From Eubacteriales bacterium (GTDB taxonomy: Bacteria > Bacillota > Clostridia > Acetivibrionales > JANLFN01): DNA of 64,000 nt. The notes beneath the pieces are model-generated. The model worked only from the letters and a program-made list of their open reading frames with translations, made no database searches and was not told the DNA's origin. Positions 16,838 to 26,966 of the stretch are shown in pieces. Numbering within the stretch: position 1 is the first letter of the stretch; each line of letters begins with the position of its first letter. A program made the translations under genes and the position numbers. The DNA lies in NCBI GenBank assembly GCA_024655885.1, contig JANLFN010000002.1, positions 214,179 through 278,178 of the forward strand. The letters run 5' to 3'.

Positions 16838-18592
16838 TTAAATATCTACTTTTTTGTACCCGTACAGACCCGTCACCTTATCCCTCCGTCCATAGTCAAA
16901 CAGCACAACCGATCTGGACCTGTCCATGGTACCGTCCTCATGGATTCTCGTGACGTCATGGTCGAACACCTGGAACCGCACCTTCTTGAATATCTGTTTC
17001 GGAGGTATCCCCACGTAGTCCGGAAGATAGAAGCGTATGTTTTCCTCATCCTTCAGGAACTCAAAGCACCGCTCTTTAAAATTAGGCTCATTATTTCTTT
17101 TAACCCCTGCCGGCAGGTTACTTGAATTATCCGAGGACAAAAAATCCAGTTTGATCAAATCGTTGATTTGCCTGTGCACTTCTTCAGGTGTGAAGCTCTC
17201 GGCGAACTCCAGGAGCACCGTATATAAATCCCTCCCGGAGACGGAGCGTCCGAAATATCCGGTTTTTAAGCCAAAAAGCGCAAAGCTGCGGTAAAACTCA
17301 AAAGCAGTGCCCGGATAGTGCCTTATCAGGCAGTCCAGGGTATTGGAGAATCTGCCGGAGTTATAATATCTTTCAACCAGTTCTTCCACATACTTCAGTT
17401 CCAGCAGCTTGTCAAATCCCATGCTTTGATTGGCCAGTACCTCGTAGGGAGGGTATTCCCTGTATTCATAACCGTATAATTGAGCCTCGGCCCTGATTTT
17501 TGAACCCCTGAGCATTTTTAAAAAACCCAGCTGCAGCTTGTGGGGCCTTAAGCCATAAGCATCCTCAAAGGATTTTTTAAAGGAAGGGTAATTTTCCCCG
17601 GGCAGGCCTGCGATCAAGTCCACATGAACATGAATGTTATCCATGGCCCGCAGCTTTTTTATATTTTCAAGCACCTTGTCCATCCGCGTCAAACGGTTTA
17701 CGGCTTCAAGGGTTCGCCTGTTTGTGGTCTGTATTCCTATCTCAAACTGAATCAAGCCCTTTGGCGCACGGGACAGCATGTCCAGCATTTCATCGTCGAA
17801 CAGGTCGGCGGCGGCTTCAAAGTGAAAGTTTTTATCCCCGGGGTTGGATAGGATAAAATTCAGTATCTCCATAGCCCTCTTCTTATTGGAATTGAAGGTC
17901 CTGTCCACAAACTTCACCTGCCTTGCCCCGGATCCCATGATTTTGGAGAGGTCCTCCCTCACCCTGTCCATGGAGAAATACCGTACGCCCCGGGTGGTAG
18001 AGGAAATGCAGTAAGAACATGAAAAAGGGCATCCCCTGGAGGACTCGAAGTAGATTATCCTGTTGCCCACCGCCTTCAGCATTTCATCGGAGTAAGGGGA
18101 GGGTATGGAATCCAGGTCCTCCATCAAATCTTCCGGCCTGTTTGAAATAATTTTTCCGACTTCCCTGAATGTCAGTCCGGGAATCTCCTGCAACCCCGGA
18201 GAAGACTGGTAAAGGTGTTTTAGCAACAGCCTGAAGCTGTTTTCTCCTTCTCCCGAAATGATGTAGTCTACCGAAGGATTCCCTCTCATGAACGCCTGGG
18301 CGTCATAGGACACCTCGGGGCCTCCGAGAATGATTTTAACGGCTTTAATGACTTTTTTAACACAGGAAACAAGCTTGAGCACATATTCAATATTCCATAT
18401 ATAACAGGAGAACGCGGCAATTTGGGGCTGTTCCCGGTATATCCCGGAAAGTATGGAATCCAAGCTGTCATTAATGGTAAATTCCAGCACCTTGACTTCA
18501 CCGCATTCATTCCTGCAGCTTTCCTTAAGGTACCATGCCGCAAGGGACGAATGAATATATTTCGAATTCAGTGCAACTATCAGCGTTTTCAT
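16838..18592 (-). CDS. B12-binding-domain radical SAM protein with a DUF4080-like C-terminus
   Basis: ORF 16838..18679. The likely start is ATG 18592 (MKTLIVALNSKYIHSSLA). The radical-SAM motif CPFSCSYC is present. The N-terminal Rossmann-like B12 domain and long C-terminal domain are typical of this family. Confidence 0.85.
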   Translation of the reverse strand: MKTLIVALNSKYIHSSLAAWYLKESCRNECGEVKVLEFTINDSLDSILSGIYREQPQIAAFSCYIWNIEYVLKLVSCVKKVIKAVKIILGGPEVSYDAQAFMRGNPSVDYIISGEGENSFRLLLKHLYQSSPGLQEIPGLTFREVGKIISNRPEDLMEDLDSIPSPYSDEMLKAVGNRIIYFESSRGCPFSCSYCISSTTRGVRYFSMDRVREDLSKIMGSGARQVKFVDRTFNSNKKRAMEILNFILSNPGDKNFHFEAAADLFDDEMLDMLSRAPKGLIQFEIGIQTTNRRTLEAVNRLTRMDKVLENIKKLRAMDNIHVHVDLIAGLPGENYPSFKKSFEDAYGLRPHKLQLGFLKMLRGSKIRAEAQLYGYEYREYPPYEVLANQSMGFDKLLELKYVEELVERYYNSGRFSNTLDCLIRHYPGTAFEFYRSFALFGLKTGYFGRSVSGRDLYTVLLEFAESFTPEEVHRQINDLIKLDFLSSDNSSNLPAGVKRNNEPNFKERCFEFLKDEENIRFYLPDYVGIPPKQIFKKVRFQVFDHDVTRIHEDGTMDRSRSVVLFDYGRRDKVTGLYGYKKVDI

Positions 18593-18736
18593 AGGGCTAC
18601 CTCTTATCGCTTTATGATATATAACTGTAAGAATAAAAAGATGTCTCAATTCCGAGGGGCTTCGTCCCTCAAATCCCAATTTTAACTTTAAGGTGTGCTC
18701 TCTTTAACAACATTATGGATTTAAGCCCGTCCCTTG

Positions 18737-20020
18737 TCAACCCTCCGGCCTTATAAGCCCCATCCAGTATGTCAGCACATCCCGGAAATAGTCAAAAAAT
18801 CCCTTCCGCCGGACGTCTTCAACGGTCTTCAATGCGGTCTCCGCAATAACTTTGCCGTCGCAGACATACCTTATCCTTCCGACTTCAACCCCGGCATACA
18901 CCGGAGCTTCCACACGGTCGGACAGGCTAACCTCCTTGTGCATGCCTTTGATCTCCTCCTGGCTCAAGGGAATTTCAAACCCCTCTATAGCCTGGACAGG
19001 CACACTGGATACAGCACCCCTTGCTACAGGGACTTCGCCCACGATTTCACCCTGCTTCAGCAGGGTATAGGGTTTGAAATGGGTAAAAGCATAGTCCAGT
19101 ATGCTCTTGCTGTCCCGTGCCCTGGAATTTCTGCTGTAGCAGTTCAGCACAACCGAAATAATCCGCCAGTTGTCTCTTGTAGCCGATGTGACAAGGCATC
19201 TCCCCGCCTGGCTGGTATACCCCGTTTTAACCCCATCCGCCCCGGGATATATATCCAGCATTTCATTTGTATTATTCAGCCCGCCGATGGAAATTGAAGC
19301 ACTTTTCGTAGCCACGATGTCCGCAAAAGTCTTGTACCGCAGTGCATAGCTCGCCATCAGCGCAAGCTCGTAAGCCGTTGAGTAGTGCCCCGGGGCGTCC
19401 AGTCCGTGGGGAGTTTTGAAGCTGGTGTCCTTTAAGCCCATCTCCCTGGCCTTTTTATTCATCATTTCAACAAAGCCGTCCACACTTCCTCCGATGTGTT
19501 CGGCAATGGCGACGGCCGCGTCATTGCCCGATTCCAGCAGCAAACCGTATAAAAGTTCCTTCAGGGTAAGCACCTGTCCTGCTTTCAGGTATATTTTGGA
19601 TCCCCCTATGGCAGCCGCCCTTTTGCTCACTGTGACTTTATCCTCCAGGTTTCCGTTTTCGATAGCCACTATGGCTGTCATGATCTTGGTGGTACTGGCC
19701 ATAGCCTTCCTGGAAAAAGCGTTTTTTTCATACAGCACCCTCTTGCTGTTCATATCCAAAACAATGGCCGCCCCCGCCTCAACTTTGGGCGGTATATTTT
19801 GACGGGGCGGGTTCCCGGCCTGGTCCGGCACCGCCCAGTTAACCGGCTCATTTTCCGTAAGCTCGTCGGCAAAAGCATTTTGAAAGAATAAGCACACCAG
19901 CACCAGTGAAATTAAAATTATTTTCAGTATTTTTCTCAACCGTATCACATCCGTAACAGTATGGTATGGATTTATTTCCGGGTCTATGGCATAAAACCTA
20001 TTTAAATATATGAGTGACAA
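18737..20020 (-). CDS. D-alanyl-D-alanine carboxypeptidase (S11, DacB/DacF-like); 5' end uncertain
   Basis: Motifs SxxK = ASTTK, SxN = ESGND and KTG = VKTGYT are present, with a signal anchor ILKIILISLVLVCLFFQNAFA. The track start at 20020 is a TTG without an RBS, so the true start may be up to about 25 codons downstream. Confidence 0.8.
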   Translation of the reverse strand: MSLIYLNRFYAIDPEINPYHTVTDVIRLRKILKIILISLVLVCLFFQNAFADELTENEPVNWAVPDQAGNPPRQNIPPKVEAGAAIVLDMNSKRVLYEKNAFSRKAMASTTKIMTAIVAIENGNLEDKVTVSKRAAAIGGSKIYLKAGQVLTLKELLYGLLLESGNDAAVAIAEHIGGSVDGFVEMMNKKAREMGLKDTSFKTPHGLDAPGHYSTAYELALMASYALRYKTFADIVATKSASISIGGLNNTNEMLDIYPGADGVKTGYTSQAGRCLVTSATRDNWRIISVVLNCYSRNSRARDSKSILDYAFTHFKPYTLLKQGEIVGEVPVARGAVSSVPVQAIEGFEIPLSQEEIKGMHKEVSLSDRVEAPVYAGVEVGRIRYVCDGKVIAETALKTVEDVRRKGFFDYFRDVLTYWMGLIRPEG

Positions 20021-20151
20021 GCCGCATTTAAAACCATTTTTCTCTCACACCCAGTCACATGAGGATTATTGCGAAATATATGCATACGTAAATTTTTTTA
20101 TACAAAGTACCGATATAATTAATGGGGGAAAGCGTGATGGGGGGAAGCATT

Positions 20152-21744
20152 ATGGAAGGAAAAACGGTTTTCGAAAATGAGTATCTGAGGATACTTTCTT
20201 ATCCTGACGGTATTTATGTAGAAACCTTTAAAAAAGGTTTTTCAATGGAGGGTTTCAGCAATGTACTGGCACTGCACCCGAATATTGAGATAACAAGCTT
20301 CAGCACACTAAAAAAAGCCATTGACCATGCACCGGCGCCTCCTCAAAGGATAGGCCGGCTCAAGGAAAGAATTGTCATTGAAATTATTGAGCACGGCTTA
20401 AAAGCCACTGTTGTATTTAACCTGACGAAGGAGGAGTTAAGTCCCGCCAGCCGGGAGAGCCTGGTCAAAGAAACAGCTTTAAAGCTGAAGGAAAAAGGGA
20501 TCGTATTCGGCATCAAAAAAGAACTTCTTTCAAGCGAGTTAATCAGCGGAAGGCCCTATGTCATTGCGGAGGGCATCCCGGCCATCCCGGGCAGGGACGC
20601 TGTTATAACCATGTACAAATTGGGGGAGGTAAAACCTCTCATCCACGAAGACGGGAAAGCGAATTTCTACGAGCTGACGCTGATTAACAGGGTAAAAGCC
20701 GGAGATTGGCTGGGTGAGCGCATTGAGGCTACCGAGGGCGTCCCCGGGCGCTCTGTGACAGGGGACACCATAAAACCCGAAAAAGGGAAGACCTTCCCTT
20801 TGAGCTATGACAGGAACTCGGTTATGGAAGTGAGCACCAACGGGAAAACAACCCTGTATTCAAAGGTCGACGGAGGAGTAAGCTACATTGACGATAAAAT
20901 CACGGTTTCCAATCATCTGGAAATCGATGGAGATGTAGGCTTCAGGACAGGAAATATCCGCTTTGACGGTTATCTCACAATAAAGGGTACGGTTTTAGAC
21001 GGCTTTTCGGTGGTTGCCAGCAGGGATATTGAAATCAAAAGCGACCTTGGGGTGGGAAATGTAAAGGAAATCACCAGCACCGGCGGCAGTATTTATATAA
21101 AGGGAGGTATAGCCGCAAAAGGGCAGGCAGTAATTAAAGCCGCCAATGACATTTTTACAAAATTTGTGGATAATGCAACGCTCATAAGTGGAAGGAATGC
21201 ACATATAGGGTTTTACTGCATAAACAGCAATGTCAAGGCCAGGGAGGTTACTGTCGAATCCATAAAGGGGCAGATTATCGGAGGGACCATTCAAGCTGAA
21301 GTCAGAGTAGCAGCTCCTATTATAGGTTCCGAGATAGAAAAAAGGACGGTTGTAGAAGTTACGGGTTTTAACCGGAGACAGCTGGCGGAAGAGCTGGGCA
21401 ATGTAATAAGCACAATTGCCGAGTTCAAAGACGAGCAGGCAAAAATAAAAGTTTTATTATCCCGCTTAAGTGAAAGCAAAAATTTAAATCCTTTTCAGCG
21501 CAGAGAGTATAATGATCACATTGACAGGCTACTGCAAATAAAAGAAAAGTTAAAGGAATTGGAAGACAAAAAGAAAACTATTTCCAGTTATTTGAAAATT
21601 CATGGGGAAGGAGAAATCGTCATATCGAAAAAAGTCTACCCCAACAGTTATCTTACTATTAAAAACAACACCATCGACATAAACTCGGCTACCCTTTCCG
21701 TTGCTTATTTTGTGCAAGACGGACTGCTTAAACAAATTAATTAG
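20152..21744 (+). CDS. fapA: FapA/DUF342 family protein
   Basis: ORF 20122..21744. The start was moved to ATG 20152 (MEGKTVFENEYLRIL), which has GGGGGGA 6 nt upstream. It has a beta-helix-like repeat region (GDVGFRTGNIRFDGYLTIKGTV..SRDIEIKS..GGSIYIKGGI) followed by a coiled coil, as in DUF342. Confidence 0.75.
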   Translation: MEGKTVFENEYLRILSYPDGIYVETFKKGFSMEGFSNVLALHPNIEITSFSTLKKAIDHAPAPPQRIGRLKERIVIEIIEHGLKATVVFNLTKEELSPASRESLVKETALKLKEKGIVFGIKKELLSSELISGRPYVIAEGIPAIPGRDAVITMYKLGEVKPLIHEDGKANFYELTLINRVKAGDWLGERIEATEGVPGRSVTGDTIKPEKGKTFPLSYDRNSVMEVSTNGKTTLYSKVDGGVSYIDDKITVSNHLEIDGDVGFRTGNIRFDGYLTIKGTVLDGFSVVASRDIEIKSDLGVGNVKEITSTGGSIYIKGGIAAKGQAVIKAANDIFTKFVDNATLISGRNAHIGFYCINSNVKAREVTVESIKGQIIGGTIQAEVRVAAPIIGSEIEKRTVVEVTGFNRRQLAEELGNVISTIAEFKDEQAKIKVLLSRLSESKNLNPFQRREYNDHIDRLLQIKEKLKELEDKKKTISSYLKIHGEGEIVISKKVYPNSYLTIKNNTIDINSATLSVAYFVQDGLLKQIN

Positions 21745-21786
21745 GCCCTTTAAGCGCACATCGCTAAAATCCGCGAATTGCATCTG

Positions 21787-21815
21787 TTGACTTAATCTCT
21801 CAAACATACTATCAT
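21787..21815 (+). promoter_or_regulatory. sigma-A-type promoter (TTGACT - 17 nt - TATCAT)
   Basis: The -35 is at 21787-21792 and the -10 at 21810-21815, about 100 nt upstream of the glycosyltransferase start. Confidence 0.45.
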
Positions 21816-21913
21816 AATTAGAGTACAGTAATTATGGGAAATGCTGCAAAGGTGTCAAAGCTTTGGTAATGACCCGTGTATGCCGGAATATACCCATTCC
21901 ACAGGAGGAATTT

Positions 21914-23128
21914 ATGGTAAATAATATATTGATATTGTCATCCGATTATACAGGACATGGCCATAAAAGTATCGCAAGTGCGCTGGTTGAACAATTTTCC
22001 CTTTATCCAAATGCAAAGGTTCACGTGGTTGATGGGTTTACTCTGGGCGGAGCCATGTCCTTAAGGATAGGAAAAGCCTATGGCCCCCTCACAAGGCGCT
22101 CCAAAGAGCTGTGGAAAATGGTGTGGGATATTACAAACAAGATGCCTTCGGTGGTGTGCGAATTTATGCAGTCTTCAATCCACCATGATTTTTTAAAGCT
22201 GATTGCCCAGGTAAAGCCTGATGTAATCGCATGTGTGCATCCTGCTTTCATTACGCCCGCTTTGAACATCCTGGAGGAGTACGGCATCAGAATCCCTGTG
22301 GTTTCCATTGTGGCGGACCTCGTCACCATAAGCCCCCTGTGGGCCGATGCAAGGGCGGAATACACCCTGTGTCCCACCCTGGAAGCCAAGGAAAAATGCG
22401 TGGAATTCGGCGTTCCCGAGTCCAAAATAGAGGTTTTGGGATTCCCTGTCCGGGAAAAGTTTTGCAGGCATATAGGCCAATCCCTGAACGAAAGCGACTA
22501 CGCGGGAAACAAACCTCTGGAATGTCTCATTATGAGCGGTGGCGAAGGTTCGGGAAATATGAGCCGGCTTGCGAATTTACTTCTTAAGAATTTCAACTGC
22601 AGGGTTAAGATCATCACAGGCCGTAATACGCTTTTAAAGAAAAGGCTTGAGTTGACCTTGCTTGAAAAGTATGCCGGTCGAGTGGAAATTTACGGTTTTA
22701 CCGAAAATGTACAGGATTTGATGCTGGCATCGGATATCGCTTTTACGAGAGGAAGCCCCAATGTCATGATGGAAGCGGTTTTATGCAATGTGCCGCTGGT
22801 GGTGACGGGGGCCCTGCCCGGCCAGGAAGAGGGGAATCCCGAATTCATAGAAAAGTACCATCTTGGTGTGGTGTGCAGGGATGCAACAAAGCTGCAGGGA
22901 GTTTTAAACAATTTGCTGGCGGATAATGCCAGGAAACTGAACAGGATTAAAATGGCTCAAAGGGAGTTTAGAAATCCCGACGCCGCAAAAAACATCGTAA
23001 AATTAATTATGTCCATGGAAGTCGGCGAAGCGCCAAGCTTTCCCGACATCCCCAAAAGGTCTTTCAAAAACAGCAGGGTAAACAGGTTTATAATCAAGAG
23101 GATAAAATACAGGCAAAAAGTCCGTTAA
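21914..23128 (+). CDS. GT28-type diacylglycerol glycosyltransferase (MGDG-synthase/UgtP-like)
   Basis: ORF 21863..23128. The start was moved to ATG 21914 (MVNNILILSSDYTGHGHKSIASAL, the MGDG_synth N-terminal motif), which has AGGAGG 5 nt upstream. The C-terminal half is GT-B-like. Confidence 0.8.
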   Translation: MVNNILILSSDYTGHGHKSIASALVEQFSLYPNAKVHVVDGFTLGGAMSLRIGKAYGPLTRRSKELWKMVWDITNKMPSVVCEFMQSSIHHDFLKLIAQVKPDVIACVHPAFITPALNILEEYGIRIPVVSIVADLVTISPLWADARAEYTLCPTLEAKEKCVEFGVPESKIEVLGFPVREKFCRHIGQSLNESDYAGNKPLECLIMSGGEGSGNMSRLANLLLKNFNCRVKIITGRNTLLKKRLELTLLEKYAGRVEIYGFTENVQDLMLASDIAFTRGSPNVMMEAVLCNVPLVVTGALPGQEEGNPEFIEKYHLGVVCRDATKLQGVLNNLLADNARKLNRIKMAQREFRNPDAAKNIVKLIMSMEVGEAPSFPDIPKRSFKNSRVNRFIIKRIKYRQKVR

Positions 23129-23165
23129 GCATTTAACTGAAAGGGCATCCTCCTATGCCTCGGTC

Positions 23166-23199
23166 AGCAAAAGCGGGCTGAATTTTTGATTTGCCCGCT
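23166..23199 (-). terminator. rho-independent terminator after the Fe-S protein gene
   Basis: On the minus-strand RNA the stem is AGCGGGC / GCCCGCU, followed by UUUUG. Confidence 0.55.
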
Positions 23200-23211
23200 C
23201 TTGCCATATAA

Positions 23212-23985
23212 TTACTCTTCAAGTATTTCCCCATGAATCCCGATTTTCACTTTTTCCACCGTCACACGCTTGCCCGAATTCCGTACCGCCGCTTCCACGG
23301 CCCTTACCAGGCCTGAACAGCAGGGCACCTCCATATGGACCACGGTGATTGATTGAAGGTGGTTCTTTTCGATAATACCGGTGAGCTTATCCACGTAGAA
23401 TTCTATATCATCCAGCTTTGGGCAGCCCACCACCACAACCCGGCCCTTTAACAGGTCCAGATGATAATTGGGATAGGCAAAGGGCACGCAGTCTGCAGTC
23501 ACAAGCAGGTTTGCGCCGTCAAAATAGGGGGCGTTTTCCGGTACCAGCTTCATCTGGACAGGCCAGTTTTGAAGCTGCGGCTTAATTTTGACCTCTATAT
23601 CCGCGCTGCCTGCCGGTACGGATTTTTGCGGACCTCCACTCCTGTTACGGAGCAGCATCATCTTGCTCCCCGGGCATTCCCCGCCGTGGTGGTGGGCTGT
23701 TTGCCTCTCGCCGGCGCTTCGGTGCCCGGGATTCTTCTCCTTTAAAGATCCGGCGTACTTTGCCGCTTCCTCTTCATCAAAGTCATCGGCCTCCCTTTCA
23801 ACTATTTTCAGTGCGTCCTGGGGGCAGTGTCCAAGGCAGGCCCCAAGCCCGTCACAAAAAGAATCCTTTACAACCCTGGCCTTGCCGTCTATAACCGTCA
23901 AGGCTCCTTCCGCGCAGTTACGCACACACATGCCGCATCCGTTGCATTTATCTTCATCAATCCAGATAATCTTTCTCACTGCCAT
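23212..23985 (-). CDS. 4Fe-4S dicluster domain protein with a Cys-containing C-terminal domain
   Basis: ORF 23212..23994. ATG 23985 has GGAGTG 6 nt upstream. Cluster motifs are CNGCGMCVRNC and CDGLGACLGHC, and the C-terminus has VGCPKLDD...EVPCCSG. Confidence 0.75.
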   Translation of the reverse strand: MAVRKIIWIDEDKCNGCGMCVRNCAEGALTVIDGKARVVKDSFCDGLGACLGHCPQDALKIVEREADDFDEEEAAKYAGSLKEKNPGHRSAGERQTAHHHGGECPGSKMMLLRNRSGGPQKSVPAGSADIEVKIKPQLQNWPVQMKLVPENAPYFDGANLLVTADCVPFAYPNYHLDLLKGRVVVVGCPKLDDIEFYVDKLTGIIEKNHLQSITVVHMEVPCCSGLVRAVEAAVRNSGKRVTVEKVKIGIHGEILEE

Positions 23986-24182
23986 AGCTTTCACTCCAAT
24001 CCCGGAAAATATTTTTGTCTGCTGGCTTCATTATACACGACAGGCAAAGGCCTTTCTGTGATTTATATCATACGGGGATATGCTTTTTAGCACAAAATTT
24101 AAATTTTTCATTGATTTATAGAAAAACTTGCTACTTATAATTCACCCTGTTTTAGAGAGACTAATAGCAAGGAGGTGATATT

Positions 24183-24365
24183 GTGGCAAACACCAGAAGT
24201 AAAACATCATTCGACAGCATGAAGTATGAAATAGCCAGAGAAGTTGGTGTTAACCTGAAACAGGGTTACAACGGAGACCTCGCAGCAAGGGACGCCGGTA
24301 GAATCGGCGGAAACATCGTTAAAAAGGTATTTGAAAACTATACCGGAAACAGCTACTCCAAATAA
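24183..24365 (+). CDS. alpha/beta-type small acid-soluble spore protein
   Basis: 60 aa: MANTRSKTSFDSMKYEIAREVGVNLKQGYNGDLAARDAGRIGGNIVKK. This matches the SASP alpha/beta signature (KYEIA.E.GV and the RDAG..GG region). It uses a GTG start with AGGAGGTG 5 nt upstream. Confidence 0.9.
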   Translation: MANTRSKTSFDSMKYEIAREVGVNLKQGYNGDLAARDAGRIGGNIVKKVFENYTGNSYSK

Positions 24366-24456
24366 ATAACGAATGGTCCCGGAAGCAAAAAAGACTTCCA
24401 GCAAAAACAACAGCCAGGTCTTTATTCAAATGTCTGAATGAAAAATACAGAAAAAT

Positions 24457-24484
24457 AGCAGGAGATCCTCTCCTGCTATTTTTC
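24457..24484. terminator. bidirectional rho-independent terminator (AGCAGGAGA-tcc-TCTCCTGCT)
   Basis: It has a 9-bp stem flanked by an A-run and a T-run. It lies between the convergent SASP gene and the 53-aa ORF. Confidence 0.7.
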
Positions 24485-24495
24485 CGACGGCTTCC

Positions 24496-24657
24496 TCACC
24501 TCTTTTCAAAGCCTCCGCACTCACAGCTATCCAACCCGTTGCAGGTTTTGTTGTTGACACTACAGGTGCCCCTGATTCCCCTGGTATTGGGCGCAATATC
24601 CCTGGAAGCTTCTATATCCTTTTGAGGAGTGAATCTCTTGCAGTCCATGCACTTCAT
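24496..24657 (-). CDS. 53-aa Cys-rich small protein (below the ORF-track cutoff)
   Basis: Reverse-strand translation gives MKCMDCKRFTPQKDIEASRDIAPNTRGIRGTCSVNNKTCNGLDSCECGGFEKR. GGAGGG lies 8 nt upstream of the ATG at 24657. The ORF is 57 nt downstream of tyrS and followed by the terminator. It has 7 Cys, including a CxxC. Confidence 0.5.
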   Translation of the reverse strand: MKCMDCKRFTPQKDIEASRDIAPNTRGIRGTCSVNNKTCNGLDSCECGGFEKR

Positions 24658-24714
24658 ACTTATACCCTCCATCAATTTTATATCCTAGGAGTATTTTTTA
24701 CAAAACCGGTTTTT

Positions 24715-25944
24715 TTATACCACCTTTATCCTGCAAAAGTTTTTCTTCCCTTTCTGCAGCATAATGAAACCTTCCTGAACATGTTTTTCCCCAACCACCA
24801 GGTCCACATCCGACACCTTTTCGTCATTCAGGTATATTCCTCCCTGCTGCACCGCACGTCTCGCCTCGCTTTTGGAGGGCGTAAGGTTTGCCCTTACAAT
24901 CAGGTCCAGCAGCTTTATCCCGCTTTTTATTTCACTGCCGTCCATTTCCATTCCCGGTATATCCTCCAAATCCCCTTTCCCCCCGAATAAAGCCTCTGCG
25001 GCCTTCCGGGCTTTTAAGGCCTCCTCCTCGCCGTGTACCAGTCTTGTCACTTCATAGGCGAGAACCTTCTTGGCCTCATTGATGCCGGAATCCTTTAAGC
25101 TTCCAAGCCTTTTTACCTCATCCATGGGCAGGAACGTCAAAAGCGCAAGGCACCTTTCCACATCCTTGTCGTCTACATTCCTCCAATACTGGTAAAAATC
25201 ATAGGGAGAGGTTTTTTCAGCGTCAAGCCATATGGCTCCGCTTTCGGTTTTACCCATTTTTTTACCCTCGCTTGTGGTGAGCAGAGTAAAGGTCATCCCA
25301 TAGGCCTCCTTGCCCTCAACCCTCCTAATCAGGTCAATCCCGTACAAAATATTGGACCACTGGTCGTCACCACCTAGCTGCATGGTGCAATTGTATTTTT
25401 TAAACAGCTGGAGGAAATCATAGCTCTGCATCAGCATGTAATTGAACTCGATAAAGGAGAGTCCCTTCCCTTCAAGCCTGCTCTTAAAGCATTCCGCAGT
25501 GAGCATCCGGTTAACCGAAAAGTGGATCCCGATTTCCCTGAGGAATTCCACATAGTTAAGCTCAAGCAGCCAATCGGCATTGTTGACCATCAACGCTTTT
25601 CCGTCGCTGAAATCAATAAACCTGGATATTTGCCTTTTAAAGCATTCGGCGTTTTTTGCTATTTCCTCCCGGGTCAGCATTTTTCTCATGTCGGTTTTAC
25701 CGCTGGGATCTCCCACCATAGCAGTCCCTCCACCAATAACGGCGATAGGCCTGTGTCCCGCTTTCTGCATATGAGACATAACCATCAGTTGAAGAAAGTG
25801 CCCTACATGCAGGCTGTCCGCCGTGGGGTCGAAACCTATATAAAAAGTAACCTTATCTTTGCCCAGCACCTCCCTCACCGGCTCCTCATGCGTTACCTGG
25901 GCAATAAGTCCCCTTTCCTTCAAAGTGTCAAATACATTATTCAT
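24715..25944 (-). CDS. tyrS: tyrosine--tRNA ligase
   Basis: 409 aa with HIGH = HVGH, KMSKS = KMGKT and a C-terminal S4 domain. RBS is AAGGAGG. Confidence 0.95.
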   Translation of the reverse strand: MNNVFDTLKERGLIAQVTHEEPVREVLGKDKVTFYIGFDPTADSLHVGHFLQLMVMSHMQKAGHRPIAVIGGGTAMVGDPSGKTDMRKMLTREEIAKNAECFKRQISRFIDFSDGKALMVNNADWLLELNYVEFLREIGIHFSVNRMLTAECFKSRLEGKGLSFIEFNYMLMQSYDFLQLFKKYNCTMQLGGDDQWSNILYGIDLIRRVEGKEAYGMTFTLLTTSEGKKMGKTESGAIWLDAEKTSPYDFYQYWRNVDDKDVERCLALLTFLPMDEVKRLGSLKDSGINEAKKVLAYEVTRLVHGEEEALKARKAAEALFGGKGDLEDIPGMEMDGSEIKSGIKLLDLIVRANLTPSKSEARRAVQQGGIYLNDEKVSDVDLVVGEKHVQEGFIMLQKGKKNFCRIKVV

Positions 25945-26274
25945 TCATTCTCCTCCTTATGCTTCAGCCTATAAAACAGTTCTTCAGGGCCTGCCGGTCA
26001 TCCTTCGGGCATGCCGCCAAGATGCAGTCCCCCTATTCCCATTCCCTGCCGTTCCAAAAACGGTATACTAATGATATATTTTATACTATTTTACACTTTA
26101 CAGCAAATAGGTTTGAAAATTTTACCGTAATTTTTGTAGTATATTGAGAACTTGCTATAGATTTTGTTGCCCTGAATGAATAAGAAAAAAGCAAAACGCA
26201 AAACTAAATATGGCTTTTAATCTCACCCGGACTTTTTATCCTATTTTTTATCATATATTGGAGGGGATGAAGAT

Positions 26275-26961
26275 ATGCTGGTCGTATTTATAAGAACTCT
26301 AATACTGTATCTGATCGTAGTCGTTGTTATGCGCATCATGGGAAAAAGGCAGATCGGACAGCTGCAGCCCTTTGAGCTTGCGGTGGCCATTATGATATCC
26401 GAACTGGCGGCCGTCCCTATGCAGAACACAGGCATTCCCCTGGTAAACGGTATTGTACCCATAATAACGCTGCTGATAGCGCAAATCATTTTGTCTCTTA
26501 TTTCGCTGAAAAGCATAAAAGCCAGGGCTTTAATATGCGGTAAGCCAAGTATTCTTGTGGAAAACGGCAAAATCAACGAAAATATTTTACGTAAGGAAAT
26601 GTATACCCTAAATGATTTACTGGAGCAGCTTAGAAGCAAAAACACCCCCAACATAGCAGACGTGGAATTTGCCATATTGGAGACCAACGGACAGCTGAGC
26701 ATTATTCCCAAATCACAAAAAAGGCCTGTGAACCCGGAGGATTTGAATATTGACACAAAATACGAGGGACTGCCTCTGGACCTTATAGTGGACGGAGAGG
26801 TAAATTACCATAACCTTCGAAAGGCAAGCCTGGATGAAAAGTGGCTTAAGGCTGAACTGAACAAGTTTGGCATATCCAATTTGAAGAATATTCTCTTTGC
26901 GAGCATAGATACAAACGGGAAACTATATTTTCAGGGCAAATCAGGCAAAGGGGGCGCGTAG
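26275..26961 (+). CDS. DUF421 (YetF/YdfS-type) membrane protein
   Basis: 228 aa. The motif RIMGKRQIGQLQPFELAVAIMISELA is typical of DUF421 spore-membrane proteins. RBS is GGAGGGG. Confidence 0.85.
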   Translation: MLVVFIRTLILYLIVVVVMRIMGKRQIGQLQPFELAVAIMISELAAVPMQNTGIPLVNGIVPIITLLIAQIILSLISLKSIKARALICGKPSILVENGKINENILRKEMYTLNDLLEQLRSKNTPNIADVEFAILETNGQLSIIPKSQKRPVNPEDLNIDTKYEGLPLDLIVDGEVNYHNLRKASLDEKWLKAELNKFGISNLKNILFASIDTNGKLYFQGKSGKGGA

Positions 26962-26966
26962 CCGGT

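Noticed and set aside
24061-24182. Sigma-G promoter for the SASP gene
   Set aside because: It is expected biologically, but I could not place a convincing GNATA-18-CATNNTA pair, so no feature is claimed.
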